Assembly: GCA_965235115.1 (NCBI GenBank)
Contig: OZ249440.1
Location: 33,544,001 to 33,608,000, forward strand
DNA: 64,000 nucleotides
Direction of reading: 5' to 3'
From: Laetmonice hystrix
Taxonomy: Eukaryota
The notes under the pieces: model-generated
Told to the model about the DNA's origin: nothing
What the model saw: the letters and a program-made list of their open reading frames with translations, nothing else
The model's database searches: none
Position numbers and translations under genes: made by a program
Shown: positions 37,757-49,600 of the stretch, one piece after another
Numbering within the stretch: position 1 is the first letter of the stretch
How the letters are laid out: each line of letters opens with the position of its first letter

Positions 37757-39005
37757 TCTGAAGCAAATAGAATGCCATTGGTAAAGGCATGGGTGGGTCA
37801 GGTGGGGCCTGGGTGGGGCTTGGGAGGGTCAGGTACATCGTGGGTGGGGCACAGGTACCTCAAGGGGGCAGCATGGCTGGGGCACTTGTATGTCAGCTGG
37901 GTTAGGCATGGGTGAGTCAAGGGTCATGGGCCTGGGCAAGGCTGGAAGAGGCCTGGTGGGACCTTAACATTGTTGGAAATTCAAATGTACACGGAATCGA
38001 GCTATGACAACCCCATATTTGTAGGGTAAGGGCTAGGGTTAGTGTTAGGTTTGCAGGTTCGTGGCCCAAATGTCCTACATTCATTACATTTATAAAAAAT
38101 TCCCACCCGCTCCGTTAAAATGCCCCGTTAAAATAGCGGGGACCTTTTAGGTGCCCGCTAAAAAACAACGGTTAACGGGAACTGTAGTGGGTGGGAATTT
38201 ATTATGCAATGCAACATCCCGTTAGCTGAGCGTTAGTGGAGGATTTAACGGGTGGGGATTTTTTTATGCAACGCACCCCAGGCCCCCCTATTTCCCCCTA
38301 GTGTCCGCCCCTATAAATAGCGCCAGGTCCCATCCTGTTTCAAGACACTCAATTTTTAGCACAAGAACCTGCACAGAAAACCTATGAAGACATCTATCAG
38401 CAGGATACCAGAAGTCTCTCTGACTCTGCTGCCGAGTCAGAGGAGATGATGACTGAACAACAGCGATAATGACTGAGATCACTGACACGGGAAGAATAAA
38501 AAGCTATTGTCCAGAGTATTTTTAGTATTAGGCCTATTAGTATTATTAAAATTAATATTTTTTTAATATTAACGTTTTAGGCCTACTCTCTTCATATAAA
38601 TCCTGTGATTTCCTATTGCCCTTTGTTATCTGACCCATGTGCCCTGGGTCCCTGGAGAATAGCCCCTGGTCCCACCCTTTTATTGTACATACCCATGAAA
38701 ATTATCCCCAGGTTGGGAGGTGCCAATTTCGATCCGTGAAACTGTCTTCATTATTTCATGTACAGCGGCATTGCTGCTAGTCTACGTAACGACGTTGCTC
38801 CATTTGGGTATGTTCGTCTTGTCTTTTGGTTGCTATGTCTGATGAATGACTGTACTTAACAATAAGGCTACACTATACTTCAATAGTCTAACTACAGCAA
38901 GAATATTGGGATGGGTCCTTTGCACTAACATGCGGTACTTTATAATGAGTATGATACAATTGTATCTCAGATCTGTCACATGGCATGCCATAATCTTTAG
39001 TTAGA

Positions 39006-39648
39006 CTGGGGTGCGTTTCACAACCATTGTTATCCTGCCGTGCGTTAAAGGGAGCCGTAAAATTCATTTTTTCGATTTATGGCAGTCTTAGAAACATATG
39101 ATTCGCATACCTTGGACTCCCAGTAACATCATGTGAGACTTATGGCCCAGCGACCAGTATTTAGTAAGGAAAATATGCCAAATCTCTCGCAAATACGTAT
39201 CTCAGAATTAGCGAGCGGCCCACAGGATATTTGAGTTGGCCGCGGTCGGGCGATGATGACGCGTGATCATGTGACTTCCGGGTGTGGAAGGGAATCTCCC
39301 TCTAGTCTAGCGTTGACCTAAATACCGCATGTACACCCGGAAGTCACGTGATCACGCGTCATCATCACCCGACAGCGGCCAACTCAAATATCCTGTGGGC
39401 CGCTCGCTAATTCTGAGATACGTATTTGCGAGAGATTTGGCATATTTTCCTTACTAAATACTGGTCGCTGGGCCATAACAGTCTCACATGATGTTACTGG
39501 GAGTCCAAGGTATGCGAATCATATGTTTCTAAGACTGCCATAAATCGAAAAAATGATTTTTACGGCTCCCTTTAAAATCCCCATTGAAAAAATACATTGG
39601 CGTTACCGATAAAACAAGCTAACGACAGGTTGTGAAACGCACCCCAGA
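39006..39648. mobile_element. Harbinger-like MITE hosting the Kolobok-like foldback
   Basis: ctggggtgcgtttcacaacc / ggttgtgaaacgcaccccag. Confidence 0.8.
39049..39571. mobile_element. Kolobok-like foldback element, TTAA TSD
   Basis: Near-perfect arms of about 235 bp beginning AGGGAGCCGTAA; TTAA at 39045-39048 and 39572-39575. Confidence 0.85.
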
Positions 39649-40791
39649 GGCTGCCTATCAGGGACAGGGGTGGAGGTGCCGTACGTGCCTGTGTGATGAT
39701 GCCCGCCCCGGCCGGCCTCAACTAGATCGGCCGGCCGGTGGGTGGGAGGGCCAGGCACTGCATGTCATGCGGCCCTTGTGGCGGCACGATTTGACCCTGA
39801 AAATCGCTCCAAATCGGCACGTTTTTACCCTGCGGCACGTCGTTTTGACTCTCCAAATCGGCACGTTTTGACCCCACGGGGGGTGTCCACGTTCGCAGCG
39901 CCCTCTATACAACCAAACATAATAGCGATCGCAGCGACCGAGCCTGCCAATATCGAACAGGACTCGGCCGGGGCATGAGCAGGAGCCCTGCAGCCGTGGG
40001 CATGCGTCAGAGACGGTCTAGGCATTCACTTGCTTTTTTAAAAATTTTACCAGTCTGAATTATTAAAAAACATGCTCCTAGCTTTAGAACATGTGTTAAT
40101 CTTAGTTATAATACTAGAACAATTTTATTCAATTATGCTCAGTTCAACGAGAAGTATGCTAAACAGCCTGATACCAGTGGTCAAGACAGACTACCAAATA
40201 AGTGCTCTAATGATACAGAAATCCTGGAGCGCTTGCAAGCAGGGTTGAAGAATTAGATACAAAAAATGATGAGCTTTCCATCGGTGGTAACTGATTTTTT
40301 AACGCTAGTCTAGTTAATGTATGGTCAGCGTCTAAATTTAACCATTTTTTAGCAATTTATCAGTCATAGCAGCGAGGCGGACGACCTCCAATGAATTGGT
40401 GAAATTTATATTTTTAGAGGACAAAAGCTCCCAAGCCTGATATAATTAGAAAGAGGATACTGGTATGTTAACGACTGTAACTCAAATTTAGCAAATTGAT
40501 TAAGTTTTAACATGCAGACAACATTTTTGTCACAGCACCCGATCTCACTTTGAGTGGCCTGGGTCGCAATGTTTTGGTTCTCTATTATTGCTCAACCTCG
40601 AGGGCGCTACGAACGGGAATACCCCCCCCCCCCCCTGTGTACACCCCGGTGTAGGCCTATAATACCTCCGGGACTAGTTTCGACCCACGTAAACTTGCGG
40701 AAACTGTCGAGGCGTTCCGATGCTGCCAAACGTGACTATATTAACACTGCAAATCAAATGTTATTCACTGTATACATGCTATTGAACAGAG

Positions 40792-41744
40792 ATGGAACCT
40801 CGCAACATTAAAGGACCTGAAGATCCACTCAGCAACTTCAATCCCAGCAAGATTGTGTTTGATGGCCACACGTGACCCTCGGCTGAACACTGCTACCAGG
40901 CGATCAAGTTTCTCCACGTCGAGAAGCGCCCAGACCGTGTGCAGGAGATATGGTCCGGGTTCACTCCAGCACAATCAAAGCGAGCAACTCGCCACCTCCT
41001 GACTTCAGAAAGCTGGCTTAACAGCCGAGTGGTGTTCATGCAGCGGATCCCGGAGACTAAGAAACGCCAGGACCCTGACTTTGTCCGTGCCCTCTACGTA
41101 TCTCATGACCAGGCACTGCTGCACACCATCCTAGATCCCTTTTGGGGGTTCCCCGGAGCCAACATTCACGGCCGACTCCTGATGACGTTACGCGACCCCT
41201 ATCCCACACGGATCCTGCTCCGAACGGACTCCCACGGCCGAGACCTACAAGACCTACTCCGCAGGCAAGGCTACGACATCGACGTCTCGTTCAGGCCCGG
41301 AGCCGTCACCAGTGATGCACGAAAGATGGCCCTCCAGACTCCACTGTGGGCCTACCAGAGTGTAGTCCTACATTTCGGTACCAACGATGTCACCACCAAG
41401 GATGGGTCACGGATAGACCACGACAGCAAGACGAAGGTGTTGCAGACGTTGACCTCCACCTTCAGAAACCTGCAGGTATACGTTGGGATGGAGACACGAT
41501 TCTTTGTGTCTGCCACCTTGCCCGCAGGAGCCGGCCGTTTCCTAAGACCAAATCCAGGAACGAGCTGGTACAAGACGTGAACCGGCAGCTCCAGCAGCAC
41601 ACAACGGTAATCCACCACCACCACCACCACTGGGCTTCCCAGCGACAACCCCGCCCCGACTTCCTCGGTCCAGACGCCCTCCACATGTCGCAAGCTGGGA
41701 AAGAGACCTTCTCCCATGATATAATCGGTGCAATTACATTGTAA
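40792..41744 (+). pseudogene. NADAR-SGNH hydrolase fusion with one in-frame stop (40873) and one frameshift (~41521)
   Basis: NADAR: PLSNFNPS..FDG..*PSAEHCYQAIKF...W...RV..M...K..Q.P.F..AL...DPFWG..GANIHGRLLMTLRD. SGNH blocks: TDS, RPGA, HFGTND and DALH. Confidence 0.8.
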
Positions 41745-43119
41745 TGGTAGTAGTGAACATTTGGCCAACGGACATTTTGCCGGCGGACAGTTTGCCAACA
41801 GACATTATGCCAACGGACTAAATGCCAATGGACACTTGGTCAACAATGCCAGAAGCGGACAGTATGCTTTCGTTTTCCTCGTGAAATACCCTCTATTTTA
41901 TTACAAAAACACGATTGATATGCTTGGAGTAAGATAATATATAGATCATCTTATGACAAAATGACTTAATAAATTATTTTAAAATAAGTATTTTGGAGCT
42001 TCCGCTGAATTTATTATCGTTTGTCAACTTTTCTTTTCCTCTTACTCTGGGGCAATACCCTAGACGCCGTCCATAAAGTATGTACCCTCAAAATTCCTGA
42101 TTTTGGGCTGCAGACTGTACGACTTGTGTACGCCTAGCTGTAACCCCCCCACCCCCCACCCCACCCCACCCCACCCCACCCCTCACATGGGTACGCAGAA
42201 GTCCTTAAAGGCAATCGCGCCATTTTAGATCTGACGTTGAAAACGCTTAGATATTTGGTAGAAGTGAAGATCTATATCTCTACTTTACAAAAAACATGAA
42301 AAAAATATATGGTCACCTGATATGGAAATCAGGTAGAACTAACCAAAACAACATAATTCAGTTTTTTTTATTTATTCGCAATCATAAATCACTTGACGAC
42401 ACCAGTTTATACAGGAGACATGGATTAATGAAAATACACCAAAGAAATTAAAAAAATTCAGGTTTTGGGGTGTTTCCAGGATACATATACTTCAGCTGAA
42501 AAGTTAATTTTCGGAAGTCAGATCGGGAAATCGTGTACCAAAAAAATCCAACTTTGACAATTCTTCAAAATTGCAGCAGCGTATGCTGGAAGGGCTGCGT
42601 TATCATATGCACAACCCCCCCCCCCCCCCAAGTTTGGCCAAAAACTGAGTTTTTACACGCCAAATGTAGGAATTTCTATTTTTATGCAAAATAGACACCC
42701 TAGTTATATCAAATGCTAAAATCCTTTCAAATATTCACCGTTTGAAAATATGAATATGAAAAGGTACAAAATCATATTATAACAAATTTCATGTTATATA
42801 TTTCAGTACATAAGTAATGGAAAAACAGATTCAAAGGTTACTGATGCAGGCCCTCTCGCAGCGCGTTCGACCAACGGTGACCCAGTCAGCTGATGCACTG
42901 CAGATGGCTGACGGAGCTACGGGTCCGACTTGCTCGTAAACAACCGGACCGTGTGGACGTTATATTTGTCCAATAATCATAATCAAGATCGGAATAGAAA
43001 TTTAATTACCGTTGCTCTCTGAAAATATCGATTTTATGCTCAGTGGAAGAAGTTTAGTATTAAAACGAAGGGCGCAAAGTTGCGATAACGGACCTCTTTG
43101 CAGAGCGTCGCCAGGCCAG

Positions 43120-43196
43120 TGAGTGAGTAGTTGGTGTTTAACGCCCAGTCAGCAGTATTTCAGCTATTTCAGGGCGAGAACAAGGTAACTAACTCA
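43120..43196 (-). mobile_element. 5'-truncated copy of the SINE at 27934
   Basis: 3' tail matches the full copy. TSD gtcgccaggccag at 43107-43119 and 43197-43209. Confidence 0.9.
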
Positions 43197-43465
43197 GTCG
43201 CCAGGCCAGAGTCACTACAGCTGGGGTGGTTTCTGATGTTTCCAAAGAGCCTACGTTCCTCACACCGCTTCTCGGAATTTCTGTAAATTTTTCCCTCATC
43301 ACTTTCTCTGATTGCTTTATAAACCTTTCTTTATGCTTCGTAGGCATATTCAGTCGTATAGACGAGAACGCTCTTGCTTATAAGGTCGAAGTCAGCCGCC
43401 AAACAAAAATACCGCTGACTTGAGTGGTGCAAAACACGTATACCGGGCGCGGCTACACCCGCTTA

Positions 43466-43877
43466 AGCTGGCCGCACATGTCCGTCCAAAATGGTGCGAT
43501 CGACGTACGTCAAACGGATGCGGCTGATCGCATGCGATTGACGTCCTTGTTTTCCCCCGCACATGTGTGCTATATTCAACGACGATAGTCCATTCAACGC
43601 TGAACCGCCAACATGGAAACACCTGAAGAACAGGAGATATCCCACAGCCTGACGTCATTCTCCGGGGATACAACTTGCGATTCGCATCCGTTTGACGGAA
43701 GAAACAAACAAGTCTGTTCCATCCGATCACCGCAAGCGTCAGAAATACTCGTCGTACGGTCAAACGCATGCATGTGCGGGGGTTAGTACATAGTCATGCA
43801 TTTCTTTTCGATCCGTTAATCGTATCCGATTGCCGCACGTCTATCGCACCATATTTGACGGACATGTGCGGCCAGCT
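43466..43877. mobile_element. Harbinger-like MITE, TTA TSD; a one-ended copy lies at ~58676-58770
   Basis: agctggccgcacatgtccgtc / gacggacatgtgcggccagct, with tta on both sides. Confidence 0.9.
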
Positions 43878-43894
43878 TTAGAAACAGCTACAAC

Positions 43895-45285
43895 CAGGGA
43901 TGAAAGTGGCCAGCTGTAAAATTTCCTGAAATCCTGACCGGGGGGCAGCGGCGGGGGCCAATGTCCATAATTAATATTTGTTCATGCGCACATCCAAGGG
44001 GCTTACCCCCCCCCCCCCCTTAAAAAAAGTCAGGCTAGGAACAGCAGACAATCATGATCCGATAAGGCCTCCTAGCTATTATATATTATAGGGCCTAGCC
44101 CTCAGTATTTAGTCGCCACCCCCCCCCCCAACCCCCCAACCCCCACCCCTGCAAATTTGCTGGATAGACTCCATCACTCATCAGTCCATGCCCCTGTTCA
44201 AGGCTGTTGCTTGCCTGTCACTCAGTGCCTGGCTCTGCCGTCTCTCTCCAACATTGGGATCCAGTCGGCTTTTAGCGTCCAAAATGCACCCGATTACATT
44301 GTCAAACAGCTTCCATGTGTTGGACTGACCACACAGGCTGTCCGTCAGTCTTGGCCCTCAGCAGTCACGACCCTCAGCGGCTCTCAGCCAAGCAACACAG
44401 TCGCTGAGTCGAGTGGTTCAGCCCGTGTGTCCATGTGCCACTCATGTTGTTGTGATTATTGTCATTTCCGGTCTTATCAGGACACCTGCACTGATCAACA
44501 AATGTAATCAAAAGTCCTGACAACCCCAAAACTTCAGTGAAAACCACTTATATATGTAATGCCATTATCCTCAAATTTATATGCAAGAAAACATTATGAG
44601 AACTAGGCAGATTCATAGAACTAAATTGACCCAGTTTCCTGTGAGGAGTGACATTGTGATGGTGCGTAGTTCGTCAGCCTAATCACTATTGCCGGGACTA
44701 GACAGACCGGTCTGTCTATAGTCTCATTGCTATCACTAAGTGAGCGCTCAGGCAAAACTCGCGCATGGATATGGCATAATGGCAAGCCTGAATCAACGGG
44801 CTTCGCAGCTGCCTGACCATCAGTTTTGCCTGAAGTCATTACCTGAGGGGAGTCGCTCTCACCACAGCGACACGGGCCCACGCGGGCCGGTCTATGTGAG
44901 CGATGTGACCACAGCTACAGGGACCGCGGGCGGTACACCAGCACCCCCGGCAGACCGGCCTATGCACGGCGGCACCCGTGACACTGGACGGGTTTGTTTG
45001 AGACACTAATACCCCCATCTATAAACGAACTTTGGGCAGGTAGAGATATATTGAGCTGCATGGTGTTAAAAAACGTCCTGGAAGGGGATATTGTTTCATT
45101 TGATATTAACAAATAAAATTGCCCACCACACAGTCCAGGGCAATACTTAGCCTTGGCTTAGGCCTACCTCTTTTGCCTATAGATCTAGGCCTATTTCCTT
45201 TTTTGGGTGTTATTTCTTGGGGGGGGGGGGGGGATTTTTTCAAATTTCCTGATTTCAGGAAATTTCCTGAAAACTTTCATCCCTG
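43895..45285. mobile_element. Non-autonomous hAT-like element, 6-bp TSD
   Basis: cagggatgaaagt / actttcatccctg, with tacaac on both sides. Confidence 0.8.
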
Positions 45286-46602
45286 TACAACACTCGCTCA
45301 ACATGCGCAACGATGATGCGCATAAACAAATGGCGCGATTGTCTTTAATAGACTGATAAAGTGAGCACATCTTTTCAATGCACAAAATTAAAATTTTTAT
45401 TAGCCAAATAAGAATAAAGATAACATTCAGTTAGTTTTGGCAACAATACAATTTATTAAGAGATAGAAAACAGGGAAGCTATTCTAAAGTAATAAATAGA
45501 CCTACAGCCACTTATTTGTTAAATATTTGTTTGCGTACATACGATTACCCAATACCCCCCCCCCCCGGGCATACGTACTTTATGGATGACTTCCTACTAA
45601 TGAAATACCTGTAATTAAGTATATTGAGGGAGCTGGGACTCCTCGCCCCCTGGTGTTCGGTCCCACAAATTATCGAGGTTGTGACGGGGGCACCCGTCCA
45701 TTTGGGTTTTTTTTTCATTTTTCTTATTACACAGACATTTATGTAATAGTTATTTATGTCATGTCCCATATATTTTATATGACATCTTGCTAGTGGTACC
45801 TATATTCTATTCCGGTTTTAAAACGTTCTCAAAACTTTAAAAATTTCAAGAGGAAAACAAAAGTTGGCAAACTGTCTGCTTTTGGCATTGTTGGCCATGC
45901 AAGTGTCCGTTGGCTTAATGTCTGTTGGCAAACTGTCCGCTGGCAATATGTCCATTGGCAAAATGTCCGGATACCTATTAGTATACATGTACATGCATGC
46001 ACTTGTACATCGCACTGTGCGGGTTTGACCAACCATAGGAACAATCAGAAGTAAGGTACAGCTTCAGGGTTGAGGGAACCAGTTGAAGAAAACCACTCAT
46101 TCTAAGCGGCGAATGTGCGGCTTTCGACAGCCAGAAAACAGGGCGAGATCCTGCTAGTTCGGTAGCTGGCTATAATCTGCCTAGCGTTTATTTTACAGTC
46201 TGTATTAAAGTATAGTGGTCGGACCGCCGGCAGCCAGCTCCTCCCTTCTCCAGATGGCGGTGTTAGAATTTAATTTGCGTTATCTGCCACACCGCTTCTC
46301 CGGTGTGTGTGTGTGTAGTGGTGATTTTCCGCCGTGTCGGCATCCGGGGCCACACTCACGGCGAAAACAGGGTTAAAAGACCATGAAATGAAAGGAACCT
46401 ATTTTATCCCGGGCCCCAACGGGAATATCATTAAAACAGATTCCATCCTGTCAGCCCAACCGGGCTGTCGACGAGTCTGAACTATAAAAGAGTCAGAAGT
46501 CCAGCTTCCGACAAAAACTCTAAAATCACTCCTGGTCTGACATTGTTAAAAAGGTCCTTAAGACTTGTCTCATTATAAAACCGTTGTCTCATCAGAGTAA
46601 AA

Positions 46603-49600
46603 TCACCACACTAAAGGACACTGACAGCCATGACACTCTGGAGGTGGCTGACCCTTAAATAAAAACACGTGGGTTAATCTAGAATGACCAATCCTGCATC
46701 GAGTATAAACAATTTCATGCGTACGTTGGGTTAGGCCGTGATGATACCTTTGGTTCACGACAGGACTGATCTGATACAATTTATTGTTTGGTTGTTCATC
46801 CCATTCAGCCTGCCATTTGTTCTTAATGTAAGCCCAGATGGTAGGTCTGAGGTCAGAGGCTGGAATTGGACACAGTTCGACGTCTGTTTCAAGAGCCCTC
46901 TTGGCAGTTCTATCAGCTTGCTCATTGCCCGGGATGCCAACATGACCAGGCACCCAGCAAAAGTGAATATCAAAGTTTGCATTGGCAAGCACTGCCAACT
47001 TGGACAAGATTTGAACGATCACTGGGTGATCTGTGTTCAAGTTAGCAAGTGCTTGCAGACAGGATAAGGAATCCGAGAAAATGAGGAAATCCTTTTCACT
47101 AGAAACTTCAATATTTTCAAGGGCAAGAAGCAGGGCCCGGGCCTCTGCTGAGAAGATGGAACTTTGCCCTGAGATGCGGGTGCCGAAGTTGTGCTTGCCA
47201 TGAACTGCAGCCGCAGACACATCACTGCCATCCTTTGAGCCATCAGTATAGAAGGCATAATGTGAGGGATACCTTGTCTGGACGTCAAGAAAATGTTCAA
47301 AATATGTCAGGGGATGAGTCTCTGACTTCTTCAGTTGAGCCAACTGAAAAATGACGTCAGGCTTTTTCAGGTCCCAAGGAGGAATGTTGCAAAAATGTGT
47401 CTGCCCCAGGACGTGCAGATCAACATCCAGTTCCTCTAGATGAGGTTTCACCCTCAGTCCAAAAGGACGTATGTACGTTTCCTTTCTTTCATACAAATGT
47501 TGGAACTGAGGGTGAAAAACGCAATTGTAAGCTGGATTTGAACTGTTTGTCCCGAGCTTGACTGCATACTGCAGAGCCAGCTTCAGACGCCTGTTGTCAA
47601 GCGATGGCTCTCGGGCCTCCACATAGAGGCTCTGAACAGGAGACGTTCTAAAAGCCCCAAGTGAAAGCCGCAAACCCTGGTGGTGAACCGTGTCCAAAAG
47701 CCGAATGTAAGACTTACAAGCAGAACCATAAACTATGCTACCGTAATCGAGCTTCGACCGGATTAAAGCTCTGTACAGTTGTAAAAGGACTGTACTGTCT
47801 GCCCCCCAGTTTGTGCCAGATAAAACCTTGAGAACATCCAGAGCCTTAAGGCATCTGGATTTCAGTGATTTAATGTGAGGGACAAAAGACAGCTTGCTGT
47901 CAAAAGTGAGTCCCAGAAACTTTGTCTCCTTAACGACCTTGATAGGATCTCCATCCATTGTCAACTCAGGGTCAAGGTGGAAAGCACGCAGTTTGCAGAA
48001 ATGCATGCAGACCGTTTTAGACTTTGAAAACTTAAAACCATTTTCCACCGACCAAGTGTGGATTCTGTTGAGACAGAGTTGGAGCTGCCTCTCAATGGCA
48101 TTCATGTTTTTGCCTCTGCAGCAGACGTCAAAGTCATCGACAAACAGGCTGCAGGGCATGCCAGTTTTAACCGAGTTAACAATGCTGTTGATCTTAATAC
48201 TAAAAAGGGTAACGGACAAAATGCTTCCCTGAGGCACACCTAATTCTTGGTCGTGCAAGTCAGACAGGGTCGTGCCTACTCTGACTTGAAAATGTCTGTT
48301 GGATAAAAACTGAGATATGAAAAGGGGCAAACGCCCCCTAAAACCCATATCATGTAAATCTTTTAAAATGCCGTACTTCCATGTTGTGTCGTATGCCTTT
48401 TCAAGGTCGAAAAATACGGCAACAACATGTTCACGGTTGATAAAAGCATCTCGGATGTATGTCTCGAGTCTGATCAGATGATCAAGAGTACTTCTCCCTC
48501 GCCGGAAGCCACACTGAAACTCGGTTATGAGCTGCTCAGACTCCAGCTTCCAGACGAGGCGATCATTAATCATTCTCTCCATGGTTTTGCACAGGCAACT
48601 TGTTAAGGCTATTGGTCTGTAATTGTTAGCTTCACTATGGTCTTTTCCTGGTTTTGGGATGGGGATGATTATTGCTTCTTGCCAGGAACGGGGTATATTA
48701 CCAGTTATCCAGATATTGTTGAAAATGTGAAGAAGTATGAGAAGGGTGGTATCAGGTAAATGTTTTAAAAATTGGTAATGTATTCTGTCAGGTCCAACTG
48801 CAGTGTCGTGTGATTTTTTAAGAGAGCATTTGAGTTCTTCAATAGAGAAGAGTTGGTTGTACTCTTCTCTGTTGTCAGAATGGAAGTTTAGTTTTTGTTT
48901 CTCTTTTTGAGCACGAATGGCTTGGAATGGAGGGAGGCAGTTCCTGGAGGAGGAGTTTGTTTGAAATGTTTCCGCTAGTTTGTTTGCTATTGCATCTGTG
49001 GTGGTTAATAAGGTGTTTTGATGTTTTAAGTGTTGAACTCCAGTACCACCTCCCTTGCCTTTAAGTTTCCGTATCATGTTCCAGATTTTTGTGATAGGAG
49101 TACGAGAGGTCAGGCTGGAGACATAGTCTCTCCAGCTCTGCCTCCGTCTCTCTTTACAGATACAACGTGCCCTTGCTCTCATGATTTTAAAGTTGGTAAG
49201 GTTCACTGCAGTTGGGTGCCTGTTAAAAAGGCGTTCTACTTTCTTCCGGTCTTTAATTGCCTGTTTGCAGTCATCATTAAACCATGGATTTGAGACATGT
49301 TTAGGAATTGTCGAGGTTTTAGGAACCGTCCTGTCTGCAATGGAGATTAAAAGCGAGGTAAAATCATCCATTGCTTCAGGATCGTTAATGTTGTCTGCTC
49401 TGAATTCCTCCCGACAGAGGGCCTGGAAGGAGTGCCAGTCGGCTTTCTTAAGTTGCCACCTTTGTTGTTTTTGCCCTATACTGGGTCCTTCATATGTAAG
49501 GATGGTGGGAAAGTGGTCACTCCCGCAAAGGTCGTCCAAGACCCTCCAGGAGAAATCCAGCAGCAGATCTGGTTTGGCTATTGCAAGGTCAATGGCTGTA

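Larger units (their letters stand above)
42209..45344. mobile_element. Non-autonomous Kolobok-like element, TTAA TSD
   Basis: aggcaatcgcgccattt / aaatggcgcgattgtct, with TTAA on both sides. Confidence 0.8.
42062..45595. mobile_element. Harbinger/ISL2EU-like MITE shell
   Basis: gtccataaagtatgta / tacgtactttatggat inverted ends, diverged. Confidence 0.55.
41746..45975. mobile_element. Non-autonomous element with ~140-bp TIRs built of 15-bp repeats (MULE/foldback-like); outer shell of a nested stack
   Basis: ggaca(t/g)tttgcc repeats at 41756-41887 are mirrored at 45843-45970. Exact termini are approximate. Confidence 0.65.

Noticed and set aside
40792..41744. Bacterial contamination or a DarT-NADAR operon
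   Set aside because: There is no DarT gene or operon structure, and the locus is embedded among animal transposons.
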